From Bellilinea caldifistulae (GTDB lineage Bacteria > Chloroflexota > Anaerolineae > Anaerolineales > Anaerolineaceae): a stretch of DNA of 32,000 nt. The notes under the pieces were generated by a model. The model worked only from the letters and a program-made list of their open reading frames with translations. It was not told where the DNA came from and made no database searches. Below are positions 1 to 7,173 of the stretch, piece after piece. The stretch is taken from NCBI RefSeq assembly GCF_001306055.1, contig NZ_LGHJ01000013.1, forward strand, positions 186,265-218,264. The letters are read 5' to 3'. Made by a program: the position numbers and the translations under genes. Each line of letters begins with the position of its first letter. Position 1 is the stretch's first letter.

Positions 1-959
1 ATACCGTACTTGCGGGCAAGCCGGTCAATCATCCGAGTGGTAGAAACCGTCCGCACCACCGACCCTTTCCAGCCGCGTTTTTTCACCAGATACCGCAAAG
101 CCAATGCCATGATTTTGTGCGGATCAACAAAATTGCCCCGCTCATCCATTGCCCCAATTCGATCAGCATCGCCATCGGTAGCCAGACCAAAACTACCCGC
201 CCCTGTTGAAATAGCCCCGGCCAGCGCCCCCAAATAGCGGCTGATCGGTTCCGGATGAACACCGCCAAATCCGGGATTCATCTCCCCGCGAATCTCAAAA
301 ACCTCACAGCCGGTTCCCTGAAGAATGGAACGAATCACGCCGCGTCCAGAGCCGTACATCGAATCCACCACAATCCGTTGGGGATTTTCTGCGATCAGGT
401 CAAAATCAATCAACCGGCGCAGATGATCGGCGTAAGCCGGTATCGGGTTAAAGCGTTGAATCAGGCTCAACTGGCGAGCCTGCTCGAATTCCATCAGGTT
501 GGGGCCGCGCGCCTGAGCCTCATTGTCATTAAGGTAAACCTCCACCTTCCGGCATTGTTCAGGGGATGCCGAACCGCCAAACGCGGCTTTGAGTTTTACA
601 CCATTGTAACGCGGTGCATTGTGGGAGGCAGTAATCATAATTCCGCCAATCGCATTAAGATGACGCACCGCATACGAAATGGCCGGTGTGGGTGCATCTG
701 CCTGCGCCAGATACACAGTAAAGCCATTGGCCGCCAGCACCCGAGCGGCTTCAGCCGCATAGCGATCCGAAAGGAAGCGGGTGTCAAACCCCACCACCAT
801 CAGCCGCGGATTCGCGACCAAACCATTACCTGTTCCGTTCAGCCAGCCATCGGTTGCCACGGCATCGGCAATTGCCTGTGTAACCAGCCGTAAGTTATTG
901 AAAGTGAAAGTATCCGAGATAACCGCACGCCATCCATCCGTGCCAAAATGTATTGTCAT
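1..959 (-). CDS. Phosphoglucomutase/phosphomannomutase-family phosphohexomutase, N-terminal ~319 codons; the 3' end runs off the window
   Basis: Absent from the ORF track because no stop codon lies inside the window. My reverse-strand translation from ATG 959-957 gives MTIHFGTDGWRAVISDTFTFNNLRLVTQAIADAV... It contains the phosphoserine loop GGIMITASHNAPRYNG (about 610-655) and the metal-binding TDGDADR (about 165-185). An AGGAG SD (966-970 on +) lies 6 nt upstream of the ATG. Confidence 0.85.
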   Translation of the reverse strand, partial: MTIHFGTDGWRAVISDTFTFNNLRLVTQAIADAVATDGWLNGTGNGLVANPRLMVVGFDTRFLSDRYAAEAARVLAANGFTVYLAQADAPTPAISYAVRHLNAIGGIMITASHNAPRYNGVKLKAAFGGSASPEQCRKVEVYLNDNEAQARGPNLMEFEQARQLSLIQRFNPIPAYADHLRRLIDFDLIAENPQRIVVDSMYGSGRGVIRSILQGTGCEVFEIRGEMNPGFGGVHPEPISRYLGALAGAISTGAGSFGLATDGDADRIGAMDERGNFVDPHKIMALALRYLVKKRGWKGSVVRTVSTTRMIDRLARKYG

Positions 960-973
960 ACCAATCTCCTGTG

Positions 974-1000
974 AAAAAATTATCAGGGTTATTCACCCTG
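974..1000 (-). terminator. Weak rho-independent terminator candidate after the DUF389 gene
   Basis: On the minus strand the sequence reads CAGGG-TGAATAA-CCCTG followed by AUAAUUUUUUC. It lies 25 nt past the stop at 1025. The stem is only 5 bp. Confidence 0.35.
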
Positions 1001-1024
1001 CATTTTAACGGCATATTTCTAGAT

Positions 1025-2227
1025 TTACCATGCCGGCGCTGGCGTTGCGGTTGCCAGCAAAGCCTGCACCATCCACCCCACCAATCCATTTTCGGTTCGC
1101 ACCTGCACCCAAATGGTACTTCCCTCTCCTCTCACCGGCTCAGAAATCACCTGCACCAGACTGCCATTGAGCAAGGAAGTTAATGCTCTTCCACCCGGTT
1201 CCTCGCGAACAATGGCGCCATCGCTCTGCGGGGCATTGACCCGCGCCCAAACCGGTGTCGGCTGAGGAGTCACTGTCACCGTAGGCGTGAAGGTGGGTTG
1301 AATGGTTGCTGTGGGTGTGAACGTCGGCGGCAGGGATGAGGGGGATGGCGATGGAGGGAGAGTGGCTTGGGAAGGCAAAGTCGAAGTCAGCGTTGGGGTT
1401 GGCGTACCAGTCGGTAAAGTAGCCACCACAACCGGTTGGGCCATCATCAGGCCGATAATCAGCACGGCTGCAATCAAACCAATGAGGATGATGGATGAAC
1501 CGAGTGTATAGCCGAATACATTGGCGGGCTTCAAACCCATTGCGAATAAAACAATCGAGCCGACCAGAGCCGACCATGCCAGATGAATGATGAAAACAAT
1601 CACACCGTCCATCCATGAGCCGGGCAAACCATAACTTAGCGAAAACCCGGCCACCCCTAATGGCAACAACAGTTCATAGGCAATCGCCACACTGGCAACC
1701 AGCGGCTTCTGGCGCGGGGAACGTACCAGCATGTAATTGGCCAGACCCACCCCAATTCCCAGCACAATGAAATTGGGTATTGAAAAGAGAGAAAAGTTAA
1801 CCGGCATTGAAAGGGAGTTGCCCGGTAAAATCGCTTTTCCAATTCCACCGGCGAGTACGCCCAGCCCAAAAATGATCAAGCAGGCAATCGCCAGGCTGCT
1901 CAGGGCTTTCAGGAAAAACCTGCCCGATCCCACCACAACCGCCAGTGAAAGTCCCAATGCTGGTCCAAGAAATGGGGCAATCAAAGCCGCCAAAAGATAC
2001 AAAGCCGGCGAATCCAGCCACACGGCAACCCCTAAAACAACCCCAGCAAAGAATGTGAACAGAAAAAATTCGTAACCGGGCGTAACCTGATGCGCCAGCT
2101 GTTCTAAAAAAGCCGCCCGCTCATCTCCCCCGGCAGGCAACAGGGAACGCCGCACCCGCCGACGGCGGGCAGGCGGCAGGCGATTTTCATCCTCAGGGAG
2201 CAAAGGTTCACTGGTCGGAATACTCAT
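1025..2227 (-). CDS. DUF389-family polytopic membrane protein with a Pro/Thr linker and a C-terminal SH3b-like domain
   Basis: 400-aa ORF. The core (aa ~40-262) has multiple TM helices in the DUF389/TIGR00341 style (GYEFFLFTFFAGVVLG..., LAGGIGKAILPG...). Aa 270-325 are a PT-rich linker. Aa 326-392 read WARVNAPQSDGAIVREEPGG..LNGSLVQV....GSTIWVQVRTENGLVGW, a bacterial SH3 pattern. Its ATG overlaps the upstream stop as ATGA at 2224-2227. Confidence 0.8.
   Translation of the reverse strand: MSIPTSEPLLPEDENRLPPARRRRVRRSLLPAGGDERAAFLEQLAHQVTPGYEFFLFTFFAGVVLGVAVWLDSPALYLLAALIAPFLGPALGLSLAVVVGSGRFFLKALSSLAIACLIIFGLGVLAGGIGKAILPGNSLSMPVNFSLFSIPNFIVLGIGVGLANYMLVRSPRQKPLVASVAIAYELLLPLGVAGFSLSYGLPGSWMDGVIVFIIHLAWSALVGSIVLFAMGLKPANVFGYTLGSSIILIGLIAAVLIIGLMMAQPVVVATLPTGTPTPTLTSTLPSQATLPPSPSPSSLPPTFTPTATIQPTFTPTVTVTPQPTPVWARVNAPQSDGAIVREEPGGRALTSLLNGSLVQVISEPVRGEGSTIWVQVRTENGLVGWMVQALLATATPAPAW
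1253..1420 (-). repeat. Low-complexity Pro/Thr/Ser linker-coding tract inside the DUF389 gene
   Basis: Encodes LPTGTPTPTLTSTLPSQATLPPSPSPSSLPPTFTPTATIQPTFTPTVTVTPQPTP. Confidence 0.7.
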
Positions 2228-2694
2228 TGGCGTAAGGTGGCAATCAGCCGTAATGGTTTTTCCAGCAATTCCAGTGCGCTTAAGATATCCGGTACCACAA
2301 TATCAGCAGCCATTAAGGCGGCAGTAGAAACGCCTTCACGCGAAAAGACACAAATCCCCAAAGCCGCTTCCGCCAGCATACCGGCATCGTTGGCGCCCTG
2401 TCCAATCGCAATCACCTGACTGGCACCCAGCGAGCGGACAAATTCGGCCTTTTGCTCAGCCTGATTGCCGGATTTAAGGCGATGGGCAGTCAAATTCAAC
2501 TGATGGTCAATCATTTCCTGTCTGCCATGCGTATCCGCCGTAATCAAGTGAATCGTCAGACGGTCTTTTAAAACCGAAAGGCTGCGTCCCACCCCGTCTA
2601 TCAGCTTGCCGTCTAAAGCCAGCGTTCCGTTGACATCACAGACCAGATGGTTGAGCCTTAATTCACCGCGACCGGGGATATTAATCTCAATCAT
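2224..2694 (-). CDS. HAD-superfamily hydrolase of the soluble P-type-ATPase-like type (COG4087-like), 156 aa
   Basis: MIEINIPGRGELRLNHLVCDVNGTLALDGKL...ITADTHG...GQGANDAGML carries the HAD motifs DxxGT and GxGxND. I reject the 302-aa track ORF (to 3132) because its N-terminal 146 aa overlap the opposite-strand lipoprotein gene and are low-complexity. Start is ATG 2694-2692. Confidence 0.75.
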   Translation of the reverse strand: MIEINIPGRGELRLNHLVCDVNGTLALDGKLIDGVGRSLSVLKDRLTIHLITADTHGRQEMIDHQLNLTAHRLKSGNQAEQKAEFVRSLGASQVIAIGQGANDAGMLAEAALGICVFSREGVSTAALMAADIVVPDILSALELLEKPLRLIATLRQ

Positions 2695-2700
2695 AAAATA

Positions 2701-2706
2701 ATTATA
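2701..2706 (-). promoter_or_regulatory. -10 box TATAAT placed 6 nt upstream of the HAD ATG (leaderless-type)
   Basis: The minus strand reads TATAAT-tatttt-ATG(2694). There is no room for an SD and no good -35. Confidence 0.4.
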
Positions 2707-2733
2707 ATACAGACTTAAAAAAGCATTTCCGGG

Positions 2734-2739
2734 TAAAAT
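2734..2739 (+). promoter_or_regulatory. -10 box TAAAAT placed 6 nt upstream of the lipoprotein ATG (leaderless-type)
   Basis: TAAAAT-tagccc-ATG(2746). The weak -35-like caGACt lies 18 nt upstream. No SD is present. Confidence 0.4.
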
Positions 2740-2745
2740 TAGCCC

Positions 2746-3789
2746 ATGTTCCTCAATCCGACTTTTTCGATCCGTTCTCTTGTCGCCTTTTTCCTGCTGG
2801 TTATTCTGATTGCCGGCTGTAACGGTAATCCGCCAACAGCGCTGACACCCGCTCCGGCTCAAACGGAAATCGCAACATCTAATGTTCAACCTCCAGCAGA
2901 ACAGCCCTCCCCCACCCCCCCACCGGCTCAAGTCTGGCTGGTGATTCCCAACGGCAGCGAGACAACTGCCAATGAGATAAAAACTTGGCTGGAAGACAAA
3001 GCCGTCTCTCAAAATTTTATTTTTGAAGTACACCCCCCTTCCGATCTGGAAAATCTCCCTGCCAATCTCCGGCTGGTTATTTTTTCGGGACCGGACGCCC
3101 AAACATCCGCCTGGGAAGACCGTTTTCCTCAAACTGGCCTGATCATCTTAAACGATGATTCAACCGAAGCCTCACAAAATGTAAGTGTGATCCGCTCAAC
3201 ACCCATCTTGCAAGCCTTCATCGCAGGTTTTATCACCACCCTGATTGCGCCTGATTTCCGTTCGGGTGCTTTATTCAATCAAAACGACCCATTATTAAGT
3301 CAATTACAGGATGGTTTTATCAATGGGGGGCGATATCTATGTGGCCGCTGCGCCCCGGTTTACGCTCCCATTGTGTTTTTTCCCCAAACCAGCACTTTCA
3401 ACCCCGCCGGAGAGGTGCAGGACTGGATTGCCGCTTTTGACAGCCTTCACCAAAACCGGCTGGAGACCCTTTATCTTGCTGACCCGTTCTTACTCGAACC
3501 CCAACTACTGGAAGCCATAAGCCGCCAGAATGTTGCTTTTCTCACGACTCAAACCCCAGCCGAGGATTGGCGCAGCCAGTGGATAGCCACGCTGCAAGTT
3601 GACCGCTTGACTGCCTTAGAAAATGCCTGGGAAAGCTGGCAAAACGCCGAACCGGGAAAAGTCTGGCAGGCAGGCATCCGCATTGCCGAGTTCAATCCCG
3701 ACCGCTTGACAGAGGGAAAATTAAATCTTGCATTGAAGACTCTCAACGACCTTGAGAACGGCTGGATTTACCCCCTCAGCATTCCCTAA
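2746..3789 (+). CDS. Putative lipoprotein, function unknown
   Basis: 347-aa ORF. Signal peptide with lipobox: MFLNPTFSIRSLVAFFLLVILIAGC. A Pro-rich linker (PPAEQPSPTPPPAQ) follows. I recognise no family with confidence. Confidence 0.7.
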   Translation: MFLNPTFSIRSLVAFFLLVILIAGCNGNPPTALTPAPAQTEIATSNVQPPAEQPSPTPPPAQVWLVIPNGSETTANEIKTWLEDKAVSQNFIFEVHPPSDLENLPANLRLVIFSGPDAQTSAWEDRFPQTGLIILNDDSTEASQNVSVIRSTPILQAFIAGFITTLIAPDFRSGALFNQNDPLLSQLQDGFINGGRYLCGRCAPVYAPIVFFPQTSTFNPAGEVQDWIAAFDSLHQNRLETLYLADPFLLEPQLLEAISRQNVAFLTTQTPAEDWRSQWIATLQVDRLTALENAWESWQNAEPGKVWQAGIRIAEFNPDRLTEGKLNLALKTLNDLENGWIYPLSIP

Positions 3790-4406
3790 CTGGATTGCTC
3801 CGGGCTGCCCATGAAGGGCTCGGCAGTTTCCGAGCCGGGGGCATTAATGCCCTCCCGCCGCAGCACCTTCCACAAAGTCAGGGCAAGGATTTTCACATCC
3901 AGCCACAATGACCAGTGATCCACATACCAAACATCCAGGCGAAACTTTTCTTCCCAGGTCAGCGCATTGCGTCCGTTGATTTGTGCCCAGCCGGTAATCC
4001 CCGGTAGCACCTCATGACGACGGGCCTGTTCGGGTGTGTAACGTGGTAAATACTCCACCAGCAGGGGCCGCGGTCCCACCAGACTCATTTCACCCCGTAG
4101 AACATTAAACAGCTCCGGTAATTCATCCAGACTGGTCGAGCGTAGAAAACGCCCCAGTGGAGTCAATCGTTCACCGTCGGGCAAGGGATTCCCGTTTTTG
4201 TCCACTGCGTTGCGCATCGTACGAAATTTATAGAGGGTAAAAATCTTACCCCCCAGACCGGGACGAGGCTGCCTGAACAACACCGGTCTGCCTTCCCTGA
4301 AGTAAATCAACAAGGTGATGATCCCCATCAACGGCAAAGCGATGACCATACCGACTGTGGTAAGCACCAGATCGAAAATTCGTTTTTCCAATGGTATACT
4401 CTTCAT
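3786..4406 (-). CDS. Bacterial sugar transferase (polyprenyl-phosphate hexose-1-phosphate transferase, PF02397-like)
   Basis: 206 aa. KRIFDLVLT..(TM)..GRPVLFRQPRPGLGGKIFTLYKFRTM...DELPELFNVLRGEMSLVGPRP...PGITGWAQ is the characteristic motif series. Confidence 0.9.
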   Translation of the reverse strand: MKSIPLEKRIFDLVLTTVGMVIALPLMGIITLLIYFREGRPVLFRQPRPGLGGKIFTLYKFRTMRNAVDKNGNPLPDGERLTPLGRFLRSTSLDELPELFNVLRGEMSLVGPRPLLVEYLPRYTPEQARRHEVLPGITGWAQINGRNALTWEEKFRLDVWYVDHWSLWLDVKILALTLWKVLRREGINAPGSETAEPFMGSPEQSS

Positions 4407-4419
4407 AGATCGCCAGATG

Positions 4420-4429
4420 AATTATAATT
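4420..4429. promoter_or_regulatory. Palindromic AATTATAATT giving a TATAAT on both strands between divergent genes
   Basis: The plus-strand TATAAT is at 4423-4428 and the minus-strand TATAAT at 4426-4421. It sits in the 52-nt gap between the sugar transferase (start 4406, -) and the selenoprotein gene (start 4459, +). Confidence 0.35.
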
Positions 4430-4458
4430 CAGCCAATTCCACAGCGGGAGCAGTAACG

Positions 4459-4710
4459 ATGAAGTTGGTCATCACCATTGAATATTGTGCCGTATGACAC
4501 TATACCGAACGAGCCATCAGTTTGATGGCAAGTCTGCTGAAACAACATGAATCACGCATTCAACAAATTACGTTGATTCCCTCCGATGGAGGCTGTTTTG
4601 AAGTAACCGTCAACGGCAAACGGATTTACTCCAAACTGCAAACCCATCGTCATGCCGAACCCGGCGAAATTCAAAATTTACTCTTATCTTATATCAAGGA
4701 AGGTGGTTAA
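4459..4710 (+). CDS. SelW/SelT/SelH (Rdx) family selenoprotein, 83 codons with in-frame TGA (Sec) at 4495-4497
   Basis: Track ORFs 4315..4497 and 4522..4710 share one frame. Reading through the TGA gives MKLVITIEYCAV-U-HYTERAISLMASLLKQHESRIQQITLIPSDGGCFEVTVNGKRIYSKLQTHRHAEPGEIQNLLLSYIKEGG. This has the C-x-x-U redox motif and the GG.FEV.V.G..IYSK pattern of the Rdx fold. A GGGAG SD lies 8 nt before ATG 4459. A hairpin lies 15 nt after the TGA. Confidence 0.7.
4513..4529 (+). promoter_or_regulatory. SECIS-like hairpin downstream of the in-frame TGA
   Basis: GCCATCA-GTT-TGATGGC forms a perfect 7-bp stem (or 6 bp with an AGUUU loop). It begins 16 nt after the TGA and has G-U in the apical loop. 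Confidence 0.4.
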
Positions 4711-4714
4711 TTTT

Positions 4715-5701
4715 ATGGCGAAAAAAGGGAGAGTTTTTTCCGGCGCCCGACCAACCGGCCGGCAACACCTTGGCAATTACCTCGGTGCCATGCTCAATTA
4801 TGTGGCCCTGCAAGAGGATTATGACTGCATCTACTGCATCGTGGATGTCCACGCACTTACCACGCTGGAGACCACCCTCGACCTGCGCCAGAATACCTAC
4901 GAGATGGCACTGGACTGGCTGGCCGTCGGTATCCGCCCGGAAGAATCGATTGTTTTTGTCCAATCCCACGTACCGCAGGTGATGGAACTGCATACTTATC
5001 TTTCGATGGTCACCCCATTGGGCAAATTGACCGATTTACCCACCTTCAAGGAAAAAGCCCGCGAGCAGCCCCACAATGTGAATTACGGTCTGGTGGGCTA
5101 CCCGGTTTTGATGACGGCGGATATCGTCCTCTATAAAGCCGATCTTGTACCGGTTGGCGTGGATCAGGCCCCGCATCTGGAATTTGCCCGCGAGACAGTC
5201 CGCTCGTTCAATCACCGATACAACACGCAGGTATTGATTGAACCCCAAATGAAGGTGACTCAGGTACCCAAAGTCATCGGCATTGACGGTCAGCAAAAGA
5301 TGAGCAAAAGCCTGAATAACCACATCGAACTGGCCGCAACCCCGGAAGAAACCCGCCAGCGGGTCATGCAAATGGTCACCGATCCACAACGCATCCGCCG
5401 CAGCGATCCCGGCAACCCGGATGTGTGCAATGTGTTCAGCATGCACAAAATCTTTTCCAGCCCCGAACAGGTGGAAATGGTCAATACCGAATGCCGCCGT
5501 GCCGGGATTGGCTGCGTGGACTGCAAGAAACTGTTTGCCGAAAACCTCAATCATCACCTGCAGCCCTTCCGCCAGCGCCGCGAAGAAATCTCCCAAAACC
5601 CGGATTTTGTGTGGGATGTATTGAAGGACGGCGCCAAACGCGCAAGTCAAATTGCCGAAGCAACCATGGTGGAAGTTCGGCAGGCAATCGGGTTGCCCTG
5701 A
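4715..5701 (+). CDS. trpS: Tryptophan--tRNA ligase
   Basis: 328 aa from [25 protein letters not shown] (HIGH-type motif) with KMSKS at aa 195-199. An AAGGAAGGTGG SD sits just upstream. I reject the longer track start at 4652, which overlaps the preceding gene. Confidence 0.95.
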   Translation: MAKKGRVFSGARPTGRQHLGNYLGAMLNYVALQEDYDCIYCIVDVHALTTLETTLDLRQNTYEMALDWLAVGIRPEESIVFVQSHVPQVMELHTYLSMVTPLGKLTDLPTFKEKAREQPHNVNYGLVGYPVLMTADIVLYKADLVPVGVDQAPHLEFARETVRSFNHRYNTQVLIEPQMKVTQVPKVIGIDGQQKMSKSLNNHIELAATPEETRQRVMQMVTDPQRIRRSDPGNPDVCNVFSMHKIFSSPEQVEMVNTECRRAGIGCVDCKKLFAENLNHHLQPFRQRREEISQNPDFVWDVLKDGAKRASQIAEATMVEVRQAIGLP

Positions 5702-6138
5702 TGCGCACGGTCATTCAACGCGTCAGACGCGGGGCGGTCAGCGTGGATGGCCGGCGCATTGCCGAAATTGGCAAAGGGCTGGTCATCCTGATTGGTGTGG
5801 GGCCAACGGATACACCCGAAACGGCTCAAGCACTGGCGCGCAAAATCGCCCAATTGCGCATTTTTGAAGATGATCAAGGCAAAATGAACCTTTCCTTGCT
5901 GGATATCGGCGGGGAGGCGCTGGTAGTTTCTCAGTTCACCCTGTATGCAGATGCCCGAAAAGGCAATCGCCCATCCTTTACCGATTCTGCCCCGCCCGAA
6001 ATTGCTGCCCCTCTAGTGGAGCGGTTTGCCGGCTTTTTACGGGAACTCGGCATTCCCGTTCAATGCGGTGAATTTGGAGCCCACATGCTGGTTGAAATTG
6101 AAAACGACGGGCCGGTCACCATCTGGCTGGAAAAATAG
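5701..6138 (+). CDS. dtd: D-aminoacyl-tRNA deacylase
   Basis: 145 aa: [18 protein letters not shown]...SQFTLYAD...[10 protein letters not shown], the classic Dtd motifs. The ATG overlaps the trpS TGA by 1 nt (cTGATG). The track ORF start at 5425 is an in-frame extension inside trpS. Confidence 0.93.
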   Translation: MRTVIQRVRRGAVSVDGRRIAEIGKGLVILIGVGPTDTPETAQALARKIAQLRIFEDDQGKMNLSLLDIGGEALVVSQFTLYADARKGNRPSFTDSAPPEIAAPLVERFAGFLRELGIPVQCGEFGAHMLVEIENDGPVTIWLEK

Positions 6139-6152
6139 TGCCTGAAAATTGT

Positions 6153-6182
6153 TGACGCACTCTTCAGAGATGTGGTAATATC
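6153..6182 (+). promoter_or_regulatory. Sigma-70-type promoter for infC-rpmI-rplT
   Basis: TTGACG (6153-6158), 15 nt, then the extended -10 TGGTAATAT (6174-6182). The same core occurs at 16888-16917 on the minus strand. Confidence 0.5.
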
Positions 6183-6265
6183 ATTTACGAACCGGCTGCA
6201 TGAAAGATAAGCGGACGGTTTTGCCTAAATAATCCCATTTGAGAAGATAAGAAAGGAGAAAGCCC

Positions 6266-6829
6266 ATTAGCACAACAAATTATCGGGTAAACGAATCCAT
6301 TCGGGTGCCAGAAGTACGCGTTATTGGCCCTAATGGCGAAAATCTGGGGGTCCTGCCAATTGAAAAGGCTCTGCGTGCCGCGCGGGAAGCAGAATTGGAT
6401 CTGGTAGAGGTTGCGCCGGGAGCAACCCCGCCCGTCTGCCGGATCATGGATTTTGGTAAATTCCTATACGAACGTACCAAAAAAGAACGCGAAGCCCGCA
6501 AATCGCAAACCAAAATCGAAGTCAAAGAGATTCGCCTTCGCCCAAAAACCAATGAACACCACCGCGGGTTCAAAACCCGCGATGCCCGCCGCTGGTTGCA
6601 GGATGGAATGAAAGTGCGGGTTACGGTTCGTTTCCGCGGACGAGAAATCACCTATCCCGAACTGGCACTGGAAGACCTGAAAGAAATTGCTCAGGAACTG
6701 GCAGATGTTTCCACCGTTGAACAGATGCCTTCCCTGGAAGGCAAAACAATGACCATGGTGCTTGCCCCAGTTAAAGGCGGCAAGAAAAAAGCCGTCGAAA
6801 CCAGCGAAAAAGTTGCCAGCGAAGAGTAA
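6266..6829 (+). CDS. infC: Translation initiation factor IF-3, probably starting at ATT 6266
   Basis: The conserved IF-3 N-terminus (INESIRVPEVRVIGPNGENLGV) starts upstream of the track's GTG at 6305. The frame is open back to the TAA at 6248-6250. ATT at 6266 lies 7 nt after GGAG (6255-6258). No ATG, GTG or TTG is available in that interval. Confidence 0.9.
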   Translation: MSTTNYRVNESIRVPEVRVIGPNGENLGVLPIEKALRAAREAELDLVEVAPGATPPVCRIMDFGKFLYERTKKEREARKSQTKIEVKEIRLRPKTNEHHRGFKTRDARRWLQDGMKVRVTVRFRGREITYPELALEDLKEIAQELADVSTVEQMPSLEGKTMTMVLAPVKGGKKKAVETSEKVASEE

Positions 6830-6855
6830 TTTCTGCTAATTTCAAGCCCGGCGTC

Positions 6856-6883
6856 TTGTTTGAATCCAAAAATCTGGTATAAT
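6856..6883 (+). promoter_or_regulatory. Candidate internal promoter ahead of rpmI
   Basis: TTGTTT (6856-6861), a 16-nt spacer ending in the extended -10 TGg (6875-6877), then TATAAT (6878-6883). Confidence 0.4.
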
Positions 6884-6936
6884 GAGCGGTCGCGGAAGCA
6901 GACCGTTATATCCATTTTTACGAGAGGAGAGTCACC

Positions 6937-7173
6937 GTGCCTCGCAAAGCAAAAGCAGGAAAAATCAAACTAAAAACCCATAAGGCAACCTCAAAACGGT
7001 TTCGCCTGACCGGGTCGGGCGTGCTTGTGCGCACCAAAGGCGGCAAGAGCCACCTCCGTCGCCGCACTTCCAAGCGCACCAAAGCCCTCTTCACCGAGAT
7101 GCTCCCCGTTCAAGGGGAAAACATCATCAAACGGGTTCGTCGTTTGGCGCCTTATCTGGATAAGAAGGATTAA
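6937..7173 (+). CDS. rpmI: 50S ribosomal protein L35
   Basis: The 78-aa ORF contains KLKTHKATSKRFRLTGSG...HLRRR. GTG start with a GAGAGGAGAG SD upstream. The N-terminus is about 7 aa longer than typical L35. Confidence 0.9.
   Translation: MPRKAKAGKIKLKTHKATSKRFRLTGSGVLVRTKGGKSHLRRRTSKRTKALFTEMLPVQGENIIKRVRRLAPYLDKKD

Noticed and set aside
1390-1420. LPTGT in the DUF389 protein's linker as a possible sortase LPxTG motif
   Set aside because: The sequence is L-P-T-G-T, not L-P-x-T-G. It lies in a PT-rich linker and is followed by a folded domain rather than a TM plus basic tail.
2695-3132. N-terminal 146-aa extension of the HAD ORF (track ORF 2224..3132, 302 aa)
   Set aside because: The extension overlaps the well-supported opposite-strand lipoprotein gene and has no domain features. 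The HAD domain starts cleanly at ATG 2694, directly behind a -10 box.
4652-4714. Longer start codons offered by the track for trpS (4652), dtd (5425), TPR-1 (15709), the 169-aa protein (24706) and CoxG (27976)
   Set aside because: Each extension overlaps the upstream gene or adds non-conserved residues ahead of the conserved N-terminus. The internal ATGs have proper SDs or coupling overlaps.
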